Below, piece after piece: positions 27,475 through 36,911 of a DNA stretch of 64,000 nt. The position numbers were made by a program, and so were the translations under genes. Position 1 is the first letter of the stretch. Every line of letters begins with the position of its first letter. The stretch lies in NCBI GenBank assembly GCA_963663895.2, contig CAXXRD010000002.1:576001-640000 (forward strand), in the 5' to 3' direction. This DNA is from Dehalococcoidia bacterium (GTDB lineage Bacteria > Chloroflexota > Dehalococcoidia > Bin125). The notes under the pieces are model-generated. The model saw only the letters and a list, made by a program, of their open reading frames with translations, was not told the origin of the DNA and searched no databases.

Positions 27475-27771
27475 CTACCTACATATGCATACTTGTGCGG
27501 GATCGTAGCGCGGGCACAATAACGGAAGTGTGGTTTCCGTCAACAAGAAGGCGTCACGGCCAGCGTCCCTGCATGACGAGGGGCGATTTTCCCGTCTCAC
27601 GCCATCTCCTCACGGTTCCAGTCGTACTACCCGTCGAACTAGGCGATCCAGCTCTTGATACCATCATCGCTTCCCGCACATCCCCCGCGCGATCTCCCGC
27701 ACCCGGCCGTCACACATCCAGCGTCCGCGAAGATCGCGCGCGAGCCGCCGGGACGGGCGCGGGGGCGAGCC

Positions 27772-28421
27772 TCAGCCCGGCGTCACGGCCGTGGCGGCGC
27801 CGGGCGGGCCGGGGTCGGCGACGGTGTAGCCCAGCATGCGCAGGTCCGCGGTGATCCGCCGGGCCAGCGCCAGGGCGTGCCGCTCGGCGTCGCGGCCCTG
27901 GAAGCCATGCCAGACGTAGAAGACGTTGCCGCTGGCGCCGCCGTAGCGCTCCGGGTCCCAGGGGGCGATGGCGACGGACCACTGCGGGGCCACCAGGAGG
28001 CCGTCCGGCCGGGTGTAGACCGCGTGGTCCTCCCGCACGAAGACCCGCAGGCAGGCGGGGTCGTGCACGTTCTCGAAGATGGGGTAGGAGGGCTGGTCGC
28101 AGAGCTCGTCGCGGAAGGAGCGGGCCGCGTCGTAGGTCGTGAAGTCGGCCGCGGCGGAGCGCCCCACCGTCGCGTTGGTGTAGGAGACGCGCCAGGTGAG
28201 GCAGTCGGCGTCGGCGACCGAGGGGGCGGCGGGCCGCTCGGCGGCGGCGGCGTCCTCGTCGGCGGAGAGGGTCGCGGCCGGGACGAGGGCCGCGAGCAGG
28301 GCGGCCAGGAGGATCGGGACGAACTTGGCGCGGCGCAGGGGCCTCAGCCTTCCCGCCGGCGCGCGGCGGCGAGGGGGCGTCCGCGGGCGCGATCCGTGTG
28401 TCTGGCGCCGATCTTCGGCAT
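27772..28421 (-). CDS. Secreted hypothetical protein; start uncertain, probable 1-bp frameshift near the 5' end
   Basis: Signal-like ILLAALLAALVPAATLSA; best RBS-ATG (28421) is one base out of frame. Confidence 0.65.
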
Positions 28422-28546
28422 GATGCGCCTCCCATTCCCTTGCCCTGGGCCGGACCGGCAAGGCGGGACCATCGTCCGAAGCGTTTGCATCGAAAAAGAT
28501 AGCATATTCGCGCCCGATCGGGCGCGAACGCGCGGGGCCCCGCCGG

Positions 28547-28825
28547 TCAGGAAACCTCCACGATCAACGCCGCGATCGCGGCGACCACGGCCATCGCGGT
28601 GATGACGATCCCCGTATGGATCATCAGGGCCCGGTTGAACTCCGCGCGCATGCGGCGCTCCGTCGAGCGCAGGGCAGCTTGCAGGTCTTCCTTCGTCGCG
28701 AGCTCATCCGTCGCCTCATCGATCCCCTTGACGTGGGCCCGGCTCTGCAGCGCGGCGGCGCCCACGTCCTGGAGCTTCCGCACGGCGCGCAGGGTGTCGA
28801 AGATGGTCGCCACGGTTCCCTCCAT
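28547..28825 (-). CDS. DUF1640/CCDC90-like coiled-coil membrane-anchored protein
   Basis: FDTLRAVRKL...DELATKEDL, C-terminal TM helix. Confidence 0.75.
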   Translation of the reverse strand: MEGTVATIFDTLRAVRKLQDVGAAALQSRAHVKGIDEATDELATKEDLQAALRSTERRMRAEFNRALMIHTGIVITAMAVVAAIAALIVEVS

Positions 28826-28834
28826 GCTTGGATT

Positions 28835-29254
28835 CTACCGCCGCGAGGGGGCGGCGGGCGGCGCGTCCCCGCGCAGCATCTCGATCCCGGCGCCGGGGTC
28901 GAGGACGCTCCAGGCCGAATCGGCCGTGAGCACCGGCAGGCCGCGCCGCCGCCCGAGCGCGAGACAGGCGCGGTCGCCCAAGGAGAGGCCGGCCGCGCGG
29001 CTGGCCGGCCGCAGCAGGCCGGTGGCGAAGGCATCCGCTGCGCCGAAGGGGGCGACGTCCAGGCCCAAGGGGTCGATCGCCTCATGGATCTCCGCCTCCG
29101 TCATCCCGATCTCGGCCAGCTTGGCGACGACCTCCGAGAGGTTGACGGCGCTCATGCAGGCGCCCGCCGCCAGCGCCTCCGCGACGCGCTCCGCGCCGGG
29201 CTCCCGGTTCAGCAAGGCCAAGAGCGCCGAGGCGTCCAGGACCCCGCTACTCAC
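28835..29254 (-). CDS. vapC: VapC family PIN-domain toxin
   Basis: VLDASALLA..EPG, SAVNLSEV, GLSLGDRACLAL, VLTAD. Confidence 0.93.
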   Translation of the reverse strand: MSSGVLDASALLALLNREPGAERVAEALAAGACMSAVNLSEVVAKLAEIGMTEAEIHEAIDPLGLDVAPFGAADAFATGLLRPASRAAGLSLGDRACLALGRRRGLPVLTADSAWSVLDPGAGIEMLRGDAPPAAPSRR

Positions 29255-29495
29255 GCGCGGCCTCGGCCCGGCGCTCGGCGCTCAGCTCCGCGACCAGCGA
29301 GCGCTCCCCGGCCGTGCGCCGGGCGACGAGCTCCTGGGCGCGCCGGATCGCCTCCGGCCGCGGGAAGAGGCGGAGCGCGCCGTCCTCGAGCTGGACCACG
29401 ACCGCGTCGCCCGCGCGCAGGCCAATGGCGCGCCGGTACTCGGCCGGGATGAGCACACGGCCGTGGCGGTCGACCTTGGTGGCGCCTGCCCCCAT
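29247..29495 (-). CDS. AbrB/MazE/SpoVT-type antitoxin
   Basis: KVDRHGRVLIPAEYRRAIGLRAGD; overlaps vapC. Confidence 0.9.
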   Translation of the reverse strand: MGAGATKVDRHGRVLIPAEYRRAIGLRAGDAVVVQLEDGALRLFPRPEAIRRAQELVARRTAGERSLVAELSAERRAEAARE

Positions 29496-29584
29496 GTGGC
29501 ACTCCTCTGCATCTATGGCAAGAAAGAAATATCTGCCTTATCTATCCTATTATGCCATGCCAGGCAGGCAATGGGAGAGACGCC

Positions 29585-32500
29585 TCAGCCGCCGACCGTC
29601 TGGGCGCGCGGCGCCACGACCCAGAGCACGTCGCCGGGAGCGATGGGGAAGCCGCCCCGGCCGCGGGCCGGCAGGTAGGGCAGGTCCCAGCGCCGCGTGG
29701 CCCGGTTGTACTTCCAGGCGCTGGCCACGTCCGTGCCCCCGAAGAGCGCGGCCGCCGTCGTGGCCGCGCCCGCCGGCACGGCCACCATGTCGCCGCCCTG
29801 GCGCAGCGTCAGGGTGATCGGATCGGTCGCGGCGGGAGCGTCCGAAGGACGCGCCCCATCCGCCGCGAGGGTTTGGGAAAGGGAAGCCACGACCCAGAGC
29901 ACGTCGCCGCCGGCGATGTCGAAGCCGCCCCGGCCGCGGGCCGGCAGGTAGGAGAGGTCCCAGCGCCGCGTGGCCCGGTTGAACTTCCAGGCGCTGGAGA
30001 CCTCCGCGCCCCCGAAGAGCGCCGCCGCTGTGGTGTCCGTCCCCGCCGGCACGGCCACGATGTCGGCGCCCGGCCGCAGCGCCAGGGTGATCAGCGCATC
30101 GGTCCCGCGCGTCACGGCCAGGTGGACGGTCTGCGTCGGCGTGCCGTCCACGGGGATCACCTCGACGGTGATCCGGTTCAGTCCCAGGTCGAGCGGCAGG
30201 GCCGTCCCGCTGGCGTAGCTCTGCTCGCCCTTGCGGATGGCGACCGAGGCGCCGGTCGCGTGCAGCGTCGCCGTGACGACCGCCGCCGCGACGTCCCTGC
30301 CGACGGCGGCGGTATAGGCAGCCGTGCCGATGGCAAAAGGCGGCGCCTTCCAGTCGCAGATCGCCCAGCAGGCAGAAAGGCAGGCCGAGGCCGGCGAGGT
30401 CGTTGGCCACGTCGGCCCACAGATCGCGCAACTGGTACGGCACGCAGCCAGCGAAGGCGTTGCCCGCGAGACCGATGGCCTGCAGGTTGGCGAGGTCGCC
30501 CAGACCGGCCGGGATCGGGCCGCTCAAGCGATTGCCGCGCACGTCCAGGACCTCCAGGTCGACGAAGTCGCCCAGCCATACGGGCAGCGGCCCGTCCAAG
30601 CGGTTGCCGCCCAGGTCCAGGACTTCCAGATCGGTGAGCCCGATCAGCGTGGCCGGCAGCGGCCCGTCCAAGCGGTTGCCGTGCACGTTCAAGACCTCCA
30701 GATCGGCGAGGTCGCCCCATGCCGCCGGCAGCAGCCCGCGCAGCTGATTGCCGTGGAGGTCCAGGACCTCTAGCTCGGCGAGGTCGCCCAGCGCCGCCGG
30801 CAGCGGCCCGTGCAAGCGATTGCCGGACAGATCCAGGTCCCGCAGGCTGACGAGGGCGCCCAGCCAGTGCGGCAGCACCCCGCCCAACCGGTTCCCATGC
30901 AGGTCGAGCGTCTCCAGGTCGGCGAGGCGGCTCAGCGCGGGCGGAATCAGCCCGTGCAAGTGGTTGCCGTGCAGATCCAGGTCCGTGAGCTTGGCGAGGG
31001 CGCCCAGCGCCGCCGGCAGGACCCCCGTCAAGTCGTTGCGCGCCAGATCCAAGCCGGTCACGCGGCCGTCGGTTCCCACCGTGACGCCGTGCCAGGACTC
31101 GATGGGCTCGGCGCTGGCCCAGTTGCTGTTGACCGTCCAGTTGGGACCGTCGGTGCTCTGATAGAGCGACACCAGGGCGCGCCGGTCCGCCGCCGCACCG
31201 GCCGGGTCCTGTCCGGGGGGCTGCGCCCGCGTCACCCTCACGATGACGACCTCCCAGATCGGGAAATCCTCGTCGGCCGGAATGGCCTCGATAATGATGC
31301 TGTTCAGTCCCGGGTCGAGCGGCACCGCCGCCCCGCTGGAGTAGAGCACCCCGCTCTTGCTGATGGTGAGCTCGTCCGCAGCGGAATGGAGCGTTGCCGT
31401 GACGACCGTCTCGTCGACGGTCGCGGGCACGGTGGCGGAGTAGGCGGTCCCGCCGGCGGCGAAGGGGGTCGTGCCGCCGGCGAACGGCCGATCGAGGGTG
31501 ACGCCGCTCAGGTGCAGATCGCGCAGCATGCAGAAGGGCAGGATCAGCGAGGAGAAGTCGTGAGCCGGGAAGCGGCTCGGGCGCTCGTGGGTGGCGATCA
31601 GCGCGCGCAAGCCATAGGGCACGCAGCCATCCAAGGTGTTGCCCGCCAGGCGGATGAATTCCAGATTGGGCAGATCGCCCAGGGCGTCCGGGATCAGCCC
31701 GTCCAGCTCATTGGCGCTGAGGTCCAGGTCCGTCAGGTTGGTCAGGCCGGCCAAGGCCGCCGGAATCTCCCCGCCCAAGGTGTTGCCGCCGAGGTCCAGC
31801 TCCGTCAGGTTGGTCAGGCCGGTCAAAAAGCCGGGAATCGGCCCGCTCAAGCGGTTGTCGCCGAAGTCCAGCTCCGTCAGGTTTGTCAGACTGGCCAAAA
31901 AGCCGGGAATCGGCCCGCTCAAGCGGTTGTCGCCGAGGTCCAGATGCGTCAGGCCGGTGAGGCCGCCGAGGGAATCCGGAATCTCCCCGCGCAGCTGGTT
32001 GTCGCCCAGGTCCATCTCCCGCAGGTTGGTCAGGCCGGCCAGCACGGCCGGCACCTCTCCGCTCAACTCGTTGCCGCCCAGGTCCAGGAACTCCAACTCG
32101 GTCAGATCCCCGAGCGTGCTCGGGATCGGCCCGCGCAGCTCGTTATCGCCCAGGTCCATCTCCCGCAGGTTGCCCAGGCCGCCCAGCGCCGCCGGTACCG
32201 TCCCGCTCAACTCGTTGCCGCCCAGGGCGAGGAATTCCAGATCGGTCAGATCCCCGAGCGTGCCCGGAATCGGCCCGCGCAGCTCGTTGCCGGAAAGCGA
32301 CAGGCGTTGGATCCGGGAGAGGGCGCCCAGGGCGTCCGGAATCTCGCCGCGCAACTCGTTGCCGCGCAGAGATAGGGACTCCAGGCTGCTGAGGTCGCCG
32401 AGCGCGCTGGGAATCGTCCCGCTCAGGTGATTGCTTTCCAGCGACAAGTAGGTCAGGTGGGCGAGGTCGGCCAGCGCGGCCGGCAAAGCCCCTTGCAAGT

Positions 32501-32816
32501 TGTTCCCAACAAGCGACAGGTGGGTCACGCGGCCGTTGGGATCCGTCGTGACACCGATCCAGTCCGCGAGCGGCCGGTTGCTGCCCCAGTTGGCGTTAAG
32601 GGTCCAGTGGGGGCCGTCGGTGGCGTCGTAGAGGGCCATCAAGGCGGCCCGGTCCGTCGCCGCCGTGCCGCCGGACTGCTGCGCGAGCAGGGGATGGACG
32701 GGCCCCAACAGCGCGGCCAGCAGCAGGGCCGCTCCCGCCAGGGCCAGTGCCCGGCGCGCGATGGGCGGCCGGGACCGCGGGGCCTTGCTTCCTCTGCCGG
32801 GTCTGCGCCGCATCAC
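29585..32816 (-). pseudogene. Secreted plant-type LRR protein with cadherin-like beta-sandwich domains and two shared C-terminal domains; frameshifted near 30343
   Basis: Two DR.AL..LY..TDGP.W caps, 13 + 9 24-aa L.GN.L.G.IP repeats, GCVP caps; after LRLEGA the frame shifts to PFAIGTAAYTAAV and continues to stop 29585. Confidence 0.88.
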
Positions 32817-32859
32817 GCTGCTCCCTAGCTCGCCGGGCCCGCCCGCTGCGGCCGGTGCG

Positions 32860-33020
32860 CTAGCCCCCGGCCGTTTGGGCGCGCGGCACCACGGCCCAGC
32901 GCACGTCGCCGCTCATGATAGTCACTCCGGCCCCGGGCGGGCGCATCCGCGACATTCCAGGCGCGGGCGGCGCACGACCGCCGAGACGGACTCCGTCGCC
33001 GGCCATCGACGCTGTCAGAA
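32860..33020 (-). pseudogene. Degenerate remnant of the shared C-terminal surface domain
   Basis: Broken frames give AWNVADAPARGRSDY and IMSGDVRWAVVPRAQTAGG-stop, compared with PARGRGGFPIAPGDVLWVVAPRAQTVGG-stop. Confidence 0.65.
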
Positions 33021-33195
33021 TGGGCCTTCCCGCGAGTCGCTGCGCGGCGACGGGCGCCTCGGCAAGCCGCTATATTCGCTCCATATTCCATACCATTCCA
33101 AACGTGAATCACTCGATCAAATCGGATACTTCCATGATTCGCTCCACGCTCGTCTTGCCCCGCGCGCACGCGGACGCGATCGGTGATCCGGCGCC

Positions 33196-34071
33196 ATGAA
33201 ACGTCTCCTGCTGATCATCGCCGCCCTCTGTCTTTTCGCCCTCTTCGCCGCCGGCCCGGACCGCGCCCATGCCGACGACGAGGAGTGTCCAACCTGGAGC
33301 TACACCGTGCGGTTCCCGGATCAGAGTCAGCACTGATCGTACGGGTTCGCGACGGAGGAAGAGGCGCAGGAGGCGATGGAGAGGTGGCTTCGGGAGGAGG
33401 CGACCGGCGTCCCGATTTTCCAAGCCGTCTATTGCGGCGATCACCTGACCGAGAGCCCAGAGCCGGAACCGGAGCCGATCGACCATGAAGCGCTTATCGC
33501 GGAGACGCTGGAGCAGATCCCGTCATCGTGGAACGTGACACGGGAGACGATCGCGGTCATCGACTGCGCGGACGGCGCGTCCTCCACAGGCTGGAGCGCG
33601 ATCGACTGGAGCTACTGCCGGCGAGGCTACGCGGGCTGGGCCTACATCACCAGCCGCGAGATCGTCTTGAACGCAGCCTACTCCGAGTCCTGGCAGGGCA
33701 TCATCGTCCACGAGGCCGTGCACATCGCCCACGCGCAGTACTGCAACCTCCAGACCCGGTCGCAGGGGCCGCCGCGCCCGCTGGTCCTCGCGCTCTGGCG
33801 TCTGTACAAGGACTACCGGGGCCCCTTCGCGCAGTACGAGGCGGTCTGCGTCCGCCCGGTCTTCAGGTTCGGCAACAGTTGGGCGGCGACGCAGGCGCGC
33901 CATGCCGCCCTCCCGGCAGGTAACCGGCCCGTTACGGCCTATGCCCTGACGAACTTTTGGGAATACCTGGCGGAGACGATCGGGGTTTGGGTCATCGCCC
34001 CGGACTGGGTCCTCCAGGAAGACCCACGGGCGCATGCGGCAGTGGAGGCGCATGGGATAGGCAGCGATTAG
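33196..34071 (+). pseudogene. Secreted zinc metallopeptidase (HEXXH; anthrax LF/Pro-Pro peptidase-like C-terminus) with in-frame TGA
   Basis: MKRLLLII signal peptide in frame with the 33376 ORF; TGA at 33334-33336; VHEAVH and YALTNFWEYLAE motifs. Confidence 0.8.
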
Positions 34072-34352
34072 TCAGGGCTGATAGACGTGCTTACCCGATG
34101 CGACCCAGTTCGACCCCATAAACAGCTACGCCGTAGCCTTACGATCCAGCGCGCGGCCCCGGGTTCGATGGGGAAGCCACCCGGGTCGCGGGCCCGGCTC
34201 GCCGGGGAACAGGCGCCTAGCTCGGTCATCCCCCTCCGTGCCAAGCCAGGCATCGCCAAGAGCGACGGCAGTCATTATGTCGTTCTTTATACCAAGCGTG
34301 TTTCCTCGTCGAATAGCCGCCATCTTCGCCCTATCGCGCCGCATTCGCAGAT

Positions 34353-34422
34353 TTTTCCACCATTTCCCCATGCTTTGCGGCACTTCTCCACAACCCCGCC
34401 AACCCGGTAGCCGCTATCCACA
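34353..34422 (+). promoter_or_regulatory. DnaA-box-like cluster
   Basis: TTTTCCACC 34353, TTCTCCACA 34384, CTATCCACA 34414. Confidence 0.4.
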
Positions 34423-34503
34423 CCTCGGCTCACCGATCCATAACGTTACGTCGCGTACCGGCATGCCCGCGGCCCCAGGAACGGGCCCCCGGCGATCGTC
34501 CCC

Positions 34504-35394
34504 CTAGCCGTAGCGGTAGACGCCGCGGCCGCTCTTGCGGCCCAGCCAGCCGGCCTCCACGTAGCGCCGCAGCATGGTGGGCGCGGCCAGCGACGGCTCG
34601 TGCAGCTCCGCCTGCATCGCCTCGGCGATATCGAGCATCACGTCGAGGCCGATGAGGTCCGCCGTCGCCAGCGGCCCCATGGCGTGGTTGAAACCGACGT
34701 GGCAGGCGGTATCGATGTCCTCGGCGCTGGCAACGCCGCTCTCCAGCAGGCGGAAGGCATCCAGGATGAAAGGCACCAGCAGGCGGTTGGCGATGAAACC
34801 GGGGGTGTCCTTGGCCCGCACGGGTTGCTTGCCCAGGCTGCGCACCCAGCGCTCGCCCAGATCCACGACCTCTTCGTCGGCCGTGTAGGGCACGATCACC
34901 TCGACCAGCGGCAGCACGGGCGCGGGGTTGAAGAAGTGCAAGCCGATCACCCGCCCGGGGCGCTTCGTGACCCCGGCCAGGTTCTGGTTGGAGAGCGAGG
35001 AGGAGTTGCTGGCGAGCACGCGCGCCTGGGGGCAGGCCTCGTCCAGCTCGGCGAAGATGGCGCGCTTGATGTCGAGACGTTCGCTGGCGGCCTCAAGCAC
35101 GAGGTCGGCGTCGGCCAAGGCGTCCAGATCCAGTCCCCCGCCGAGGCGCGCCAGGGCGGCGTCGCGCTCGGCGGCGCCGAGCCGCCCCTTGTCCACGAGC
35201 CGGCCCAGCCCCTTCTCCACGATGGCGATGCCGCGGTCGATCAGGGCCTGGTCGATGTCGCGCAGGACGGTCGCGTAGCCGTGCTGCACGGCGACCTGGG
35301 CGATGCCGGCGCCCATGGTGCCGGCGCCGATGATGGCGACTTTCTTGATCTCGGGCAGGGGCGTGGGAGCGTCTGCGGTCGAAGCGTCGGGCAT
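34504..35394 (-). CDS. 3-hydroxybutyryl/3-hydroxyacyl-CoA dehydrogenase
   Basis: GAGTMGAGIA, ASNSSSL, GLHFFNP, DTPGFIANR, MGPL..ADLIGLD, LGRKSGRG. Confidence 0.93.
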   Translation of the reverse strand: MPDASTADAPTPLPEIKKVAIIGAGTMGAGIAQVAVQHGYATVLRDIDQALIDRGIAIVEKGLGRLVDKGRLGAAERDAALARLGGGLDLDALADADLVLEAASERLDIKRAIFAELDEACPQARVLASNSSSLSNQNLAGVTKRPGRVIGLHFFNPAPVLPLVEVIVPYTADEEVVDLGERWVRSLGKQPVRAKDTPGFIANRLLVPFILDAFRLLESGVASAEDIDTACHVGFNHAMGPLATADLIGLDVMLDIAEAMQAELHEPSLAAPTMLRRYVEAGWLGRKSGRGVYRYG

Positions 35395-35442
35395 GGGAGT
35401 CTCCGCTCGGTACAGGTTCGATGCGTCAGGCGTGGAAGCGGC

Positions 35443-36909
35443 TCACGCCTCGGCGGCTTCGCCGAGCCGGCCGGCGCCCACGGGGATCGTCACCGCAGGG
35501 TGCTCGGCCAGCGCCTCCCAGATCATCGCTCGGATCGCATCGTAGCGCTCGGCGCTCTCCGCTTCGAGGCGCACCGACAGCACCGGCGTCGTGTTGGAGG
35601 CGCGCACCAGCGCCCAGCCGCCCGGGAACTCGATACGCGCCCCGTCGATGGCGAGCACGGGATAGCGCCCGCGAAAGCGCTTGGCCACGGCGGCGGCGAC
35701 GCCGAACTTGTCGGCGTCGGGACAGGGCAGCTTGAGCTCGGGCGACGTGATCAGGCGCGGCAGGCCGGCGCGCATCTCCTCGAAGCGGGCGGAGAGCGGC
35801 GCGGGATCGCGGGCCAGCAGCTCGGCCACGGCGCAGGCGCCGAAGACGGCGTCGTCGATGCCGTAGTCCAAGCCGGGGTAATCCTCGCCGAAGTAGAAGT
35901 GGCCGCTGCTCTCGCCGCCGAAGCGGATGCCCCCCTCGCGCATCTTGCGCTTGCCCAGGGAGTGACCGCTGGGCGCGAAGACGGGCAGGCCGCCCGCGTC
36001 CTCGATCGCGCGCACGACCGTGGCCGAGCACTTCACGTCGATAAGGACGCGAGCGCCGGGGTGGCGACCGAGGAAGTCACGGGCGAGGAGGGCCAGGATC
36101 GCATCCGGCTCGTGGCGCCGGCCGCGCTCGTCCACCACGCCCAGCCGATCACCGTCGCCATCCCAGGCGATGCCGCAGTCGCCGCCGTGCTCGAGCACGG
36201 CGGCGCGCAGGGCCTCCATGGTCGCGGGCTCCTGGGGATCGGGCAGGTGGTGCGGGTAGGTGCCGTCCAGCTCCGAGTAGGTCTCGACCACGTCGCAACC
36301 GATGCGGCGCAGCGCCTCCGGGCCGGTACAGGCGGCGACGCCGTTGCCGGCGTCGGTGACGACCCTGAGGCGGCGAGCGGGAGAGAAGCGCCGGCCGAGG
36401 AAGTCCCAGTAGGCGGGCTTGGGGTCGCGCTCTTCAACGCCCCCCGCGCCGCGCTCGAAGTCGCGCGCTTCCGCTAGGGCGCGCACCGCCTGGATCTCCT
36501 CGGGCGAAATGGGGATGCCCCGGCGCTCGAGCAGCTTGAGGCCGTTCATATGGGGGGGATTGTGGCTGCCGGTGACGCTGGCGCCGCCGTCGACACCCCA
36601 AGCCGCGGCGGCGAAGTAGAGCAGCGGCGAGGGCGCCAGGCCGATATCGATGACGGAGATGCCCGCCGCCCGCGCGCCACGGACGAGACCGTCCCGCAGC
36701 GACGGCGAGGAGGGGCGGTTGTCGCGGCCCAGCACCATCGTCTCGACGCCGTAGGCGCGGCGCAGGTGCGTGCCGTAGGCGCGGCCGATCAGCGCCGCCA
36801 CCTCGGAGTCAAGGTCCTCGCCCACGACGCCGCGGATGTCGTAGGCGCGGAAGATGTGGGGGTTGAGCCGTGGCTGGCGGGCCGTCGCGCCGGTCCGATC
36901 GGCGGGCAT
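35443..36909 (-). CDS. Phosphomannomutase/phosphoglucomutase (paralog A)
   Basis: IFRAYDIRG, TGSHNP, DGDGDR, GESSGH, LVRASNT. Confidence 0.93.
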   Translation of the reverse strand: MPADRTGATARQPRLNPHIFRAYDIRGVVGEDLDSEVAALIGRAYGTHLRRAYGVETMVLGRDNRPSSPSLRDGLVRGARAAGISVIDIGLAPSPLLYFAAAAWGVDGGASVTGSHNPPHMNGLKLLERRGIPISPEEIQAVRALAEARDFERGAGGVEERDPKPAYWDFLGRRFSPARRLRVVTDAGNGVAACTGPEALRRIGCDVVETYSELDGTYPHHLPDPQEPATMEALRAAVLEHGGDCGIAWDGDGDRLGVVDERGRRHEPDAILALLARDFLGRHPGARVLIDVKCSATVVRAIEDAGGLPVFAPSGHSLGKRKMREGGIRFGGESSGHFYFGEDYPGLDYGIDDAVFGACAVAELLARDPAPLSARFEEMRAGLPRLITSPELKLPCPDADKFGVAAAVAKRFRGRYPVLAIDGARIEFPGGWALVRASNTTPVLSVRLEAESAERYDAIRAMIWEALAEHPAVTIPVGAGRLGEAAEA

Positions 36910-36911
36910 GA

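Noticed and set aside
33334-33336. Selenocysteine readthrough at the in-frame TGA
   Set aside because: No convincing SECIS hairpin just downstream, no redox motif context, and a Trp codon mutation is simpler.
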